This document shows positions 29,406 through 39,531 of a stretch of 64,000 nt of DNA, piece after piece (positions within the stretch are counted from its first letter, which is position 1; every line of letters starts with the position of its first letter). The notes below the pieces were generated by a model, which was not told where the DNA came from, ran no database searches, and saw only the letters and a list, made by a program, of their open reading frames with translations. Source of the DNA: Alistipes sp. (GTDB taxonomy: Bacteria; Bacteroidota; Bacteroidia; Bacteroidales; Rikenellaceae); contig JAZOUS010000023.1 in the NCBI GenBank assembly GCA_045658265.1, forward strand, positions 2,266-66,265, in the 5' to 3' direction. The position numbers were made by a program, and so were the translations under genes.

Positions 29406-31598
29406 ATGGAGCAGCAAGAGAGCCTTTTACACGAAAAATTAAAGGAATATTTTGGTTTCACCTCCTTTAAGGGTAACCAGGAGGCTGTAATACGCAACCT
29501 TCTTTCTGGACGTGATACATTTGTTTTGATGCCTACTGGTGGCGGCAAGTCGTTGTGCTACCAGTTGCCCGCATTGTTGATGGATGGTGTTGCCATCATC
29601 ATCTCGCCGCTCATTGCCTTGATGAAGAATCAGGTCGATGCAATGCGTACCTTCTCAACCGAGTCGGGCGTTGCTCACTTCTTGAATTCATCGCTCAATA
29701 AAACAGCCATCAATCAGGTGCGCAACGACGTACTGGAGGGTAAGACCAAGCTCCTCTATTTTGCGCCTGAGTCGCTCACCAAGGAGGATAACGTAGCCTT
29801 CTTGCGTAAAATCAAGATTTCATTCTATGCCATCGACGAGGCTCACTGTATCTCTGAGTGGGGCCACGATTTCCGCCCTGAGTATCGTCGAATCCGACCT
29901 ATTATCAACGATATAGGTCAGGCACCGCTTATCGCTCTGACGGCCACAGCCACTCCAAAGGTGCAGATGGATATCCAGAAGAATCTGGGTATGTCTGACG
30001 CTGCGGTGTTCAAATCTTCGTTCAATCGCTCAAATCTCTTCTATGAGATTCGACCTAAGCATAATGCCGAGCACGATATTATCCGCTTTATAAAGCAGCG
30101 TGCAGGCAAGAGTGGTATCATCTATTGCCTCAGCCGTAAGAAGGTGGAGGAGTTGTCGGAGCTACTGTTGGCCAATGGTATCAAGGCTTTGGCCTACCAC
30201 GCAGGTCTTGATGCGCAGACCAGAGCCAGCAATCAGGATGACTTCCTGATGGAGAGAGTAGATGTGATTGTGGCCACCATTGCCTTCGGTATGGGTATCG
30301 ACAAGCCCGATGTGCGCTATGTGATTCACTACGATATCCCCAAATCGCTGGAGGGATACTATCAGGAGACAGGCCGTGCTGGCCGAGATGGCGGCGAGGG
30401 CCATTGCTTGACGTTCTATAGCTATAAAGATATCCAGAAGCTCGAGAAGTTTATGCAGGGCAAGCCTATTGCCGAGCAGGAGATTGGTAAACTTCTGTTG
30501 CTGGAGACCGTATCCTATGCCGAGAGTTCGATGTGTCGCCGTAAGACTCTGCTCCACTATTTTGGTGAGGAGTATGGCGAGGCTAATTGCGGCTGCTGCG
30601 ACAACTGCGTCAATCCTAAGCCAAAGGTTGATGCTAAGGCCGAGATGAAGTTGATGTTGCAGACTCTGCAGGAGATAGGCGACAAATTCAAGATCGACCA
30701 CTTGGTTGCCATCCTTACGGGTAAGGTTACGGCGCAGATTAAGAGCTATGGCCACAACAAATTGGAGTGGTTTGGCAGTGGCGAGGAGCACGATGCCAAG
30801 TTCTGGGGCGCAGTTATTCGTCAGGGCTTGATTATGGGCCTTATTGACAAGAGTATCGAGAACTATGGCCTTATCTCGGTGAACGAGAAGGGCTTGAAGT
30901 ATATCAAATCACCACAGTCGGTAACAATCACGCTCGACCACGACTACGACACCGAGGAGAAGGACGACGAGGTTGTAGCGGCTCAGATGGGCAAGGGTGG
31001 TGCGGCCGACGAGGAGTTGTTTGCAATGCTGAAGGATCTTCGCAAGAAGGTGGCCAAGAAGCACGATTTGCCTCCGTTTGTGATTTTCCAGGACCCATCG
31101 TTGGAGGATATGTCTATCCAGTATCCAATCACTCTGGAGGAGATGCAGAACATCTCGGGTGTGGGTGCAGGTAAGGCGAAGAAGTTTGGCGAGGAGTTTA
31201 TCCAGCTCATCAAGGCTTATGTCGAGGAGAAGGATATTGTCCGCCCACAGGATATGGTCGTTAAGTCGGTTGCCAATAAGGCGGGTAATAAGATTTTCAT
31301 TATCCAGTCTATCGACCGCAAGATGGATTTCGAGGATATCGCCCGCGCAAAGAATCTCGACTTCGAGGATCTGCTTTCCGATATCGAGGGTATTGTGAAT
31401 TCGGGTACGAAGCTCGACATCTCCTACTATCTCGATAAGCATATGGACGAAGACAAGGTCGAGGATATCTACCTCTACTTCAAAGAGGATGCCGAGAGCG
31501 ATTCGCTCGATGCCGCTATCGAGGAGCTTGGCTCTGATTACACCGAGGAGGAGATTCGTCTGGTGCGTATCAAGTTCCTCTGCGAGGTGGGTAATTAG
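29406..31598 (+). CDS. recQ: ATP-dependent DNA helicase RecQ
   Basis: MPTGGGKSLCYQLP, DEAHCISEWGHDFRP, QETGRAGRDG, Zn-binding, RQC and HRDC regions. Confidence 0.96.
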   Translation: MEQQESLLHEKLKEYFGFTSFKGNQEAVIRNLLSGRDTFVLMPTGGGKSLCYQLPALLMDGVAIIISPLIALMKNQVDAMRTFSTESGVAHFLNSSLNKTAINQVRNDVLEGKTKLLYFAPESLTKEDNVAFLRKIKISFYAIDEAHCISEWGHDFRPEYRRIRPIINDIGQAPLIALTATATPKVQMDIQKNLGMSDAAVFKSSFNRSNLFYEIRPKHNAEHDIIRFIKQRAGKSGIIYCLSRKKVEELSELLLANGIKALAYHAGLDAQTRASNQDDFLMERVDVIVATIAFGMGIDKPDVRYVIHYDIPKSLEGYYQETGRAGRDGGEGHCLTFYSYKDIQKLEKFMQGKPIAEQEIGKLLLLETVSYAESSMCRRKTLLHYFGEEYGEANCGCCDNCVNPKPKVDAKAEMKLMLQTLQEIGDKFKIDHLVAILTGKVTAQIKSYGHNKLEWFGSGEEHDAKFWGAVIRQGLIMGLIDKSIENYGLISVNEKGLKYIKSPQSVTITLDHDYDTEEKDDEVVAAQMGKGGAADEELFAMLKDLRKKVAKKHDLPPFVIFQDPSLEDMSIQYPITLEEMQNISGVGAGKAKKFGEEFIQLIKAYVEEKDIVRPQDMVVKSVANKAGNKIFIIQSIDRKMDFEDIARAKNLDFEDLLSDIEGIVNSGTKLDISYYLDKHMDEDKVEDIYLYFKEDAESDSLDAAIEELGSDYTEEEIRLVRIKFLCEVGN

Positions 31599-31660
31599 CC
31601 AGATAGTTGTGAGTTAAACACTCTTTATCTGCGTCTAATGTGCGCAAGATGATATAGGTC

Positions 31661-31689
31661 AAAGGTCGCTCCGAAAAGGGTGACCTTTT
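31661..31689 (+). terminator. Intrinsic terminator of recQ
   Basis: aaaggtcgctc-cgaaaa-gggtgacctttt hairpin with a T tract. Confidence 0.6.
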
Positions 31690-31781
31690 ATCGTGTCGTA
31701 GGTTCTGTCTCGAACCCACATTCCACAAAAAAACACCCACCCAGCCAATGCCGAGTGGGTGAAATATTGTGAGCCGAATCT

Positions 31782-33074
31782 CTAAATAAATATATACTTC
31801 AATATAAAGAGGATGGTCAGAATATACATCGTTGGCGTGATGGCTTTAGCCTTGCCGCAGAGGATGTTGATTAGTGTGTAGCTGATCATACCGAGCAGGA
31901 TGCCGTTTGAGATAGAGTACGACATAGGTATCATAATAATACAGATGAAGGCTGGAATCGACTCCGAGAAGTTTTCAAGCTCGATATTCCTGATAGGCTC
32001 AAGCATCAGCAATCCTACGATAATCAACACTGGCGCTGTTGCAGCCGGTGGGATTGAGAGGAATAGTGGCGAGAGGAACAGAGTCAAGGCAAAGCAGCAG
32101 GCAACCACAAATGATGTAAGACCTGTGCGGCCACCCTGAGATATACCCGAGGCACTCTCAACATAGGTTGTTGTAGTCGATGTTCCGAGCATAGCACCAA
32201 CAGTTGTAGCGATAGCATCTGCCATAAAGGCCTCCTTGAGGTGATAGATATTACCATTCTTATCAACGAGCTTTGCCTTTACACATACACCAATAAGAGT
32301 ACCCATCGTATCGAATATATCCATAAACAGCAGTGTGAACACCACAATAAGCATATCGAGTGTAAAGATGTTATCCCACTCAAACTGGCAGAAGATAGGC
32401 TTGATAGATTCAGGCTGCGAGAAGATGCCCTTGAACTCTGTGATACCCATAGGAATACCAATCAGTGTAGTAACCAGAATACCGATAAGCATCGCGCCAC
32501 GCACCTTGCGAACATAGAGTACACCTGTGATGACCAGACCAATCAGCGAGAGTAGTGCAGAGCCCTTTGTTATATCGCCCAAAGCAATAAGCGTTGCGTC
32601 GTTGTTCACAATCACTCCACCGTTCTGCAAACCGATGAATGCTATGAATAGACCGATACCCGCACCGATGGCATAATGCATACATTGGGGTATGGCATAA
32701 ACAATCGCCTCTCGGATGTTTGTTATGGTCATCAGTATAAAAATCAGACCTTCGATAAATACCGCAGTTAAGGCAAACTGCCACGAATAACCCATACTCA
32801 GGCATACGGTATAGACAAAGAATGCGTTGAGGCCCATACCAGGGGCAAGTCCAAACGGTAGCTTCGCCCATACAGCCATAACCACGCAACCAACAATGGC
32901 CGCAAGCGCTGTTGCGGTGAAGACTGCGCCCACAGGCATTGTGCCGAGCTCACCAAACATAGCTGGATTAACGGCCAAGATGTAGGCCATTGTAATGAAT
33001 GTGGTTATTCCTGCCAAAATCTCGGTGCGAAGCGAGTTCTTCGAGTGGTCAAATCCGAATAATTTGTTTAGCAT
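31782..33074 (-). CDS. NCS2 (AzgA-like) purine permease
   Basis: TEILAGITTFITMAYILAVNP, APGMGLNAFF, YVESASG, GGRTGLT; likely start ATG 33074. Confidence 0.9.
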   Translation of the reverse strand: MLNKLFGFDHSKNSLRTEILAGITTFITMAYILAVNPAMFGELGTMPVGAVFTATALAAIVGCVVMAVWAKLPFGLAPGMGLNAFFVYTVCLSMGYSWQFALTAVFIEGLIFILMTITNIREAIVYAIPQCMHYAIGAGIGLFIAFIGLQNGGVIVNNDATLIALGDITKGSALLSLIGLVITGVLYVRKVRGAMLIGILVTTLIGIPMGITEFKGIFSQPESIKPIFCQFEWDNIFTLDMLIVVFTLLFMDIFDTMGTLIGVCVKAKLVDKNGNIYHLKEAFMADAIATTVGAMLGTSTTTTYVESASGISQGGRTGLTSFVVACCFALTLFLSPLFLSIPPAATAPVLIIVGLLMLEPIRNIELENFSESIPAFICIIMIPMSYSISNGILLGMISYTLINILCGKAKAITPTMYILTILFILKYIFI

Positions 33075-33332
33075 ATTTAAGATGGTTGTATATACTATCT
33101 GTTTGTTTCCCTGTCGTTTGGTCATTATTAGACACAAATCCAAGCAAATATACTATTTTTTCGGCCACCTTTCCCCAAAACTGATGTTTTTTTACACATA
33201 ATTTATCGGCTGGGGTGATAAATTTGTTTTCACCAAGCTAAATTATTATATTTGTACGATAAATTGTCGATGTTGTGCGCTATGGGGCGCAAAGCATCAC
33301 CTATAGAGAGTGAAATTTAATATTGAGATACT

Positions 33333-33896
33333 ATGACAAAGAGTACATTTTGGAGAGAGGCCTCGCGTGGAGGTGCAATCATCGGTTTGGTATGTGTGGC
33401 TGCGGCTCTGCTTGGGATGCTTATCCCTTCGGTGGAATTTGTATTTAGCCTTGCGAGCTTTGTGGCGATAATCTATCTGTTGTTCTACTTCACTCGTTCG
33501 CGTGCATCGCTGTTTGCAAAGGAGGGCTACACCTATTCTCAGTGCCTGGGATTTATCGTGGCTATGGCTCTCTTTACAGGTATTGTGATGGGTGCCTACC
33601 AGATTGTAGCCAGCAATTTCCTCTTTACCGAGAAGTTTGAGGAGACTCTTTCCACTGTGATTGCTACCTATTCTCAGATGGGGGGGTTAGATAACGCAAC
33701 GATGGACAAGATGAGCAGTATGATGCGCAACTATATGTTCTCGCCAATCTATGTCCTGATTTCAAACGTGTTGAGCTATATCTTCTACTTTGCATTCATC
33801 GGATTTTTCATTTCAATTGGCACAAAGCGTGAGCCCGATATGTTCGAGCAGGTGGATAGCGCCGTTGAGGATGAGTCGGATGATGATGAGGAGTAA
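33333..33896 (+). CDS. DUF4199-like membrane protein
   Basis: Four hydrophobic helices; typical Bacteroidetes position upstream of GT2. Confidence 0.7.
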   Translation: MTKSTFWREASRGGAIIGLVCVAAALLGMLIPSVEFVFSLASFVAIIYLLFYFTRSRASLFAKEGYTYSQCLGFIVAMALFTGIVMGAYQIVASNFLFTEKFEETLSTVIATYSQMGGLDNATMDKMSSMMRNYMFSPIYVLISNVLSYIFYFAFIGFFISIGTKREPDMFEQVDSAVEDESDDDEE

Positions 33897-33913
33897 CATT
33901 ATTTTGGCAGAAG

Positions 33914-34876
33914 ATGGAAAAACGACTCGATATATCGGTTGTAGTGCCGCTCTATAATGAGCAGGAGTCGCTCGGTGAACTTGTTGCGTGGATCGACCGA
34001 GTGGCCTCTGAGAACAATCTCTCGTATGAGGTGATTATGGTCGATGACGGCTCGTCCGACGGTTCGTGGGCCGAGGTTGAGCGACTGAAAGCCACCTATC
34101 CTGCAATCAAGGGTATCCGCTTTGCCCGCAATTATGGCAAGTCGGCCGCACTCTATTGTGGTTTTGCCGAGGCTGAGGGCGAGGTGATCTTTACGATGGA
34201 TGCCGATTTGCAGGACTCTCCCGACGAGATTCCCGAGATGCGCCGTATGATTTTGGAGGATGGCTACGACTTAGTGTCGGGTTGGAAGCGTAAGCGTTAC
34301 GATCCTGCGGGTAAGCGTCTGCCAAGCAAGTTTTTCAACTGGACTGCGAGGGTGGTGTCGGGTATCAAACTCCACGACTTCAACTGTGGCCTGAAGGCCT
34401 ATCGCCGCAAGGTGATTAAGTCTATCGAGGTCTATGGCGAGATGCACCGCTATATTCCCATTCTGGCCAAGCACGCAGGTTTCAAGCGCATAGGCGAGAA
34501 GGTCGTGCAGCATCAGGAGCGCAAGTATGGAGTGTCGAAGTTTGGTATGGAGCGTATGGTGAAGGGTTATCTCGATTTGATTTCGGTGTCGTTTATGTCG
34601 CACTTTGGCCGCTCACCTATGTACTTCTTCGGCAGTTTGGGTACGATTATGTTCCTGCTGGGCGGAATAACCACAGTGTGGGTTATAGCCGATAAATTAT
34701 ATAAGCAGTTCAATGGTCTGCCACTTCGTGCCGTCACCGACCAGCCATTATTCTTTGTGGCGATTTTAGCTGTGATATTGGGTGTGCAACTCTTTTTGGC
34801 GGGATTTTTGGGCGAGCTCATCAATCGCAACTCATCGGACAGAAATTCATATCTGATTGACAAACGCATTAAGTAA
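33914..34876 (+). CDS. Glycosyltransferase family 2 (polyprenol-phosphate glycosyltransferase-like)
   Basis: VVPLYNE, VDDGSSD, MDADLQD, DFNCGLKAYR, two C-terminal TM helices. Confidence 0.92.
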   Translation: MEKRLDISVVVPLYNEQESLGELVAWIDRVASENNLSYEVIMVDDGSSDGSWAEVERLKATYPAIKGIRFARNYGKSAALYCGFAEAEGEVIFTMDADLQDSPDEIPEMRRMILEDGYDLVSGWKRKRYDPAGKRLPSKFFNWTARVVSGIKLHDFNCGLKAYRRKVIKSIEVYGEMHRYIPILAKHAGFKRIGEKVVQHQERKYGVSKFGMERMVKGYLDLISVSFMSHFGRSPMYFFGSLGTIMFLLGGITTVWVIADKLYKQFNGLPLRAVTDQPLFFVAILAVILGVQLFLAGFLGELINRNSSDRNSYLIDKRIK

Positions 34877-34918
34877 CTTCGATTTAGAAAAGGTAAATAA
34901 AGTAAAAGTTTAACAAAG

Positions 34919-35383
34919 ATGATACAACGTATTCAATCTCTCTATCTTGTGGCCGTCGTGGCTTTGATGGCAACAACACTTCTCACACCGTTGGCATATT
35001 TTGCAGCGGGAAGCAATGTTTACGAATTGTTTGCATTCAATTTAGTGAGCCAGTCGGGCGATGCAGCACAATCCACAATGTATATGGGTGTTGTGGTGGC
35101 TTTGGCAACCATTGTTCCTCTGGTTACAATCTTCCTGTTCAAGAACCGTATGTTGCAGATTCGCCTGTGTGCCGTTGAGTTGGTGTTGTTGTTTGGAGCT
35201 CAGATTTTTATGGCTCTCTACTACTATCTGAGCAACCGTATGTTCGAGCAGTTGCAGTTCCACACTCAGGGAATCCGTATTGCCATCCTCTTTCCGTTGG
35301 TGGCTATGATTCTCGACTATTTGGCCCTCAGAGCAATCTTCAAGGACGAGATGCTTGTTCGCTCACTCGACAGAATAAGATAA
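34919..35383 (+). CDS. DUF4293 family membrane protein
   Basis: MIQRIQSLYL, IFLFKNRMLQ, AIFKDEMLVRSLDRIR. Confidence 0.85.
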   Translation: MIQRIQSLYLVAVVALMATTLLTPLAYFAAGSNVYELFAFNLVSQSGDAAQSTMYMGVVVALATIVPLVTIFLFKNRMLQIRLCAVELVLLFGAQIFMALYYYLSNRMFEQLQFHTQGIRIAILFPLVAMILDYLALRAIFKDEMLVRSLDRIR

Positions 35384-35409
35384 TTGCACGCTACACACTA
35401 TTTTGGTAT

Positions 35410-35447
35410 AAAAATTGACTTTCGGACTCCGAAGGTCAATTTTTTTT
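35410..35447 (+). terminator. Intrinsic terminator
   Basis: aaaaattgactttcgga-c-tccgaaggtcaattttt hairpin followed by Ts. Confidence 0.65.
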
Positions 35448-35451
35448 ATCT

Positions 35452-36492
35452 ATGTGCAGAATCTATTCTATTTTGATTGTGGCTTTGGTGCTTACCTCTT
35501 GCAAGCACTCTGCCCACAATGGGCGTATGCCTGTTGCCGTTAAAGTTGTCCGCGCCGAGGTTGTCGATTACACCGAGCGTGATTTTGCGGGTATGGCAAC
35601 GGCCGACAATTCGGTAAATCTTGCATTCAAAATATCGGGACAAGTGCTCTCGGTCGATGTGTCGAAGGGCGACTATGTCAAGCGGGGAGCTCTGCTCTCG
35701 CGCCTCGATCCGAGGGATGTGGAGCTACAGATGGCATCCGATAAGTCGCGTTTCGAGCGGGCCAAATCGCAGTATGAGCGTATGCAACGACTGCGTGACC
35801 ACGAGGCTGTGTCGCAGCAGGAGTATGAGTTCGCCTTGTCAGACTATGTGCAGGCTAAATCCACCTATGAGAACTCGCGCGATTTGCTCTCGCAGACCAG
35901 CCTTAGAGCTCCGTTTGATGGGGTGGTGGAGCGCACCTATGTCGATACCTATGAGCGTGTGCAGTCGGGGCAGACCATCGTGCGCCTTGTCAACCCTATG
36001 AGTACGACCGTAGAATTCACTATGCCCGAAAAGAGCCTGCCTCTGCTCTTTGATTCAACGGTACGTTTCAGCGTTGTGTTCGACAATATCCCAGGCGAAA
36101 AGTTCTCGGCTCGGCTCGATACCTATGCCAAAACCTCGTCCGATGCGTCTGGCTTCCCCGTATCGTTGAAGATTGAGCGCGACAAGGCCGAGCAGTACCG
36201 CATCTCGCCAGGTATGACCTGTCAGGTGATGATGTATATGCAGAGCAGCAGCGGCCAGCAGAAGGCTCTTATTGTACCACTTTCGGCCATCTATGCTCCC
36301 GCTTCGGGTGGCGAGTATGTGTGGCGAGTAACGTCGGAGAATAGGGCCGAGATGAGTCGTGTGACGCTTGGCGATGTGTATGGTCGCGATATGGTAAGCA
36401 TCACTTCGGGCCTTGCCGCTGGTGATGAGATAGTCTCGGCGGGAGTGTATAAATTACGCGAAGGCGATAGTGTCAAACCTATAAATCGCTAA
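35452..36492 (+). CDS. RND efflux periplasmic adaptor (MFP), lipoprotein
   Basis: LTSC lipobox, LAFKISGQV, LRAPFDGVV, GDEIVSAGV. Confidence 0.9.
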   Translation: MCRIYSILIVALVLTSCKHSAHNGRMPVAVKVVRAEVVDYTERDFAGMATADNSVNLAFKISGQVLSVDVSKGDYVKRGALLSRLDPRDVELQMASDKSRFERAKSQYERMQRLRDHEAVSQQEYEFALSDYVQAKSTYENSRDLLSQTSLRAPFDGVVERTYVDTYERVQSGQTIVRLVNPMSTTVEFTMPEKSLPLLFDSTVRFSVVFDNIPGEKFSARLDTYAKTSSDASGFPVSLKIERDKAEQYRISPGMTCQVMMYMQSSSGQQKALIVPLSAIYAPASGGEYVWRVTSENRAEMSRVTLGDVYGRDMVSITSGLAAGDEIVSAGVYKLREGDSVKPINR

Positions 36493-36496
36493 GGGT

Positions 36497-39400
36497 ATGT
36501 CGATAGCTCAATTCTCTATGCGCCACCGTAGCGTGGTGTGGTTTATGTTGGCTCTCTGCGTCGTGGGTGGAGTGTGGGCCTTTTTGCAGATGGGCAAGAA
36601 GGAGGATTCTACATTTGTGCTGAAGAGTGCAGTCGTTAGTTGCGCCTATCCTGGTGCAAACCCTTTCGAGGTGGAGCAGTTAATCTCTGAGCCGCTGGCT
36701 CGCGAGCTGCAGTCGATGCGCAGGGTGAAGAAGATTACCTCCGAATCCTATTATGGCCTGTCGAAGATAACCATCGAACTCGAATCTTCAATCCGCTCCA
36801 AGCAGATACCCCAACTCTGGGACGAACTGCGTCGCAAGGTGCAGAATTTTTCTGCTCAACTGCCCACCGATGCTGGGCCCGTTGTGGTGAATGACGATTT
36901 TAGCGATGTGTATGGATTGTACTTCGCCCTCTCGGCCGACGGGGGCTTCTCGTGGAGCGAGATTCGCGAGTGGGCGCAACGCATCAAAACCGAGACGGTT
37001 ACAACGGCTGGCGTGCAGAAAGTGGTGCTGTGTGGCGAGCAGCAACCCGTCGTGAATGTCTATATCTCGAAATCCATCCTATCGAATTTCTCCATCACCC
37101 CCGATATGATTGTCTCGATGATGGCCGAGCAGAATGCTGTAGTCAATACGGGTGCTCTCTCGGCGGGCGATATGACGTTGCGTCTGCTCGATATGGGTGG
37201 CTATACTACCATCGACGACATCGCCAATCAGTTGCTCATTGCGCCTGATGGCAAGCAGTTTCGTCTGGGCGATATTGCCCGCATCGAACTCGACTATCAG
37301 AATCCTCCACAACTCATAATGAATGTCGATGGCAGGCGAGCCGTCGGCATCGGTATCTCCACAGAGGAGGGGGTCGATGTGGTGAAGATTGGCCGTCAGG
37401 TAAGGGCGCAGCTTGAGCAGTTGCAGTCGGAGATGCCGCTCGGCCTTGAGATTATCGAGCTCTATCCCGAAGATAAGATTGCTCGTCAGGCCAATCTCTC
37501 GTTTATGCTCAATCTGCTGGAGTCGGTGTTGATTGTAATAGCCGTTATAATGCTGGCTATGGGGTTACGCAGTGGTGCTCTGATTGGCCTCTCGCTCATC
37601 TTCACCATCGGAGGAACTATGCTTGTGATGTATGGCTTGGGTGAGGGTATCAACCGCACCTCGCTTGCTGGATTTATTATTGCGATGGGTATGCTTGTCG
37701 ATAATGCCATTGTGGTAGTCGATAATGCGCTGAAATCTATGCGACAGGGGGTTGCGGCTAACCGAGCCTTGATTGATGGTGCCGATGCGCCTCGGTGGGG
37801 ATTGTTTGGCGCAACGCTGATAGCCATATTCTCATTCCTGCCGCTCTATCTTGCCCCTTCGTCGGTGGCCGAGATTGTGAAGCCTCTGTTTGTGGTGATA
37901 GCCATCTCGTTGCTTCTTAGTTGGGTGCTGGCTATGAGTCAGGTGCCTATGTTTGGCGAGCGGATGTTGCGTTTGAGGGTTGATTACGACAAGGAGCAGA
38001 GATTCGCCTGGTTTGATAAGATGCTCGTCTGGTCGCTTCGTAATCGATTGTCGGTTGTGCTGTTTTCGGTGTGGTTGTTTATCTTCTCGCTTGTTGTGAT
38101 GAAACTTATGCCGCAGAATTTCTTTCCACAACTCGACAAACCATATTTCCGTGCCGATGTGATTCTGCCCGAGGGGCGTGATATAGCCGCCACCCAGCAG
38201 AGCTTGCAGCAGATGAGCGATTGGCTTTTGCGACAAAAAGAGGTGGTGAAGGTGTCGTCAACGGCTGGTGCATCACCCCTTAGATACTATTTAGCAAGCA
38301 GTAGCTATTCGTCGCGAGCAAATTATGGTAATCTGCTTGTCGAGGTTCGTAAGCGCCGACAATCGGCTGAGTTGCGCCGCCGATTCGACAGGTTTGTGGC
38401 CGATTCGTGCCCCGATGTGTGGTTGCGCTCGTCGCTGTTCAAGCTCTCGCCCGTTCCCGATGCCACCATCGAGATTGGATTCATCGGGCCTAATGTCGAT
38501 ACGCTGCTAAAGCTCACTCAGCAGGTTGAACGCATTATGTGGGAGAATCCTAATGCGATCAATGTGCGCAATAGTTGGGGCAATCGCATCCCGACGTGGC
38601 AACCCCTCTATTCGCAAATCAAAGGTCAGCGAATTGGCGTGAGCCGTAGCCGTATGGCTCAGTGGATGACGCTTGCAACCGATGGCCTGCCGATGACGCA
38701 GTTCAGACGCAATGATGAGTTTATCCCCGTTCTGTTGAAGGATGAAAATGCCGATAATTACAATCTCTCAAGTCTAAGCTCCATCCCCATCTTCTCGCGC
38801 TCGGGCAAGGTTTACCCCATCGAGCAGGCGTGCAGTGGTTTTGAGTTCGATTTTCGACCTTCGGTGGTGACGCGTTTCAACCGCCAGCGAGTGATGAAGG
38901 CGCAGTGCGATCCCATAGATGGAGCCAATGCCCATAGGCTCTACAATGAGATTCTTCTATCGGTTCAGGCTCGTGTCCATCTGCCCGAGGGCTATTCGAT
39001 GAAGATCTTTGGCGAGCAGGAGTCGCAACAGGAGTCAAACAAGGCTTTAGGCGAGAAGATGCCGCTGGCCGTTGTGCTGATATTTGTTGTGTTGCTGATG
39101 CTGTTTGGCAGTTATCGTGACTCGGTGATAATCTTGCTTATGACGCCGATGATTTTTGTAGGTGTTGTGGCGGGTTTGTTCCTCACAGGCAATAGTTTCG
39201 ACTTCTTCTCGCTGCTCGGAATGATTGGTCTTGTGGGAATGAATATCAAGAATGCCGTCATTCTTGTAAGCTCCATCAATCAGTTGCGAGGGATGGGTGT
39301 TGAGCCATATCAGGCGGTGGTTGAGGCCACTCGAAGCCGTCTGTTGCCGGTGTGTATGGCATCTGTTACCACAATTTTGGCACTTATCCCACTTCTGTTC

Positions 39401-39523
39401 GATTCGCTCTTTGCGGGAATGGCCGCAACCATTATGGGTGGCCTGCTGGTGGCCACGCTCCTTACGATGGTGCTGCTGCCAGTGGTATATTCACTCTTTT
39501 ACGATGTAAAACCTCAGAAATAA
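36497..39523 (+). CDS. RND efflux permease
   Basis: 1008 aa, GMLVDNAIVV, GMNIKNAVIL, two large periplasmic loops. Confidence 0.93.
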   Translation: MSIAQFSMRHRSVVWFMLALCVVGGVWAFLQMGKKEDSTFVLKSAVVSCAYPGANPFEVEQLISEPLARELQSMRRVKKITSESYYGLSKITIELESSIRSKQIPQLWDELRRKVQNFSAQLPTDAGPVVVNDDFSDVYGLYFALSADGGFSWSEIREWAQRIKTETVTTAGVQKVVLCGEQQPVVNVYISKSILSNFSITPDMIVSMMAEQNAVVNTGALSAGDMTLRLLDMGGYTTIDDIANQLLIAPDGKQFRLGDIARIELDYQNPPQLIMNVDGRRAVGIGISTEEGVDVVKIGRQVRAQLEQLQSEMPLGLEIIELYPEDKIARQANLSFMLNLLESVLIVIAVIMLAMGLRSGALIGLSLIFTIGGTMLVMYGLGEGINRTSLAGFIIAMGMLVDNAIVVVDNALKSMRQGVAANRALIDGADAPRWGLFGATLIAIFSFLPLYLAPSSVAEIVKPLFVVIAISLLLSWVLAMSQVPMFGERMLRLRVDYDKEQRFAWFDKMLVWSLRNRLSVVLFSVWLFIFSLVVMKLMPQNFFPQLDKPYFRADVILPEGRDIAATQQSLQQMSDWLLRQKEVVKVSSTAGASPLRYYLASSSYSSRANYGNLLVEVRKRRQSAELRRRFDRFVADSCPDVWLRSSLFKLSPVPDATIEIGFIGPNVDTLLKLTQQVERIMWENPNAINVRNSWGNRIPTWQPLYSQIKGQRIGVSRSRMAQWMTLATDGLPMTQFRRNDEFIPVLLKDENADNYNLSSLSSIPIFSRSGKVYPIEQACSGFEFDFRPSVVTRFNRQRVMKAQCDPIDGANAHRLYNEILLSVQARVHLPEGYSMKIFGEQESQQESNKALGEKMPLAVVLIFVVLLMLFGSYRDSVIILLMTPMIFVGVVAGLFLTGNSFDFFSLLGMIGLVGMNIKNAVILVSSINQLRGMGVEPYQAVVEATRSRLLPVCMASVTTILALIPLLFDSLFAGMAATIMGGLLVATLLTMVLLPVVYSLFYDVKPQK

Positions 39524-39531
39524 TACTCTCT

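Noticed and set aside
39352-39531. N-terminal extension of the TolC ORF (similarly for NCS2, DUF4290, NtrC and HAD)
   Set aside because: The extensions overlap upstream genes or promoters; downstream ATGs give canonical N-termini.
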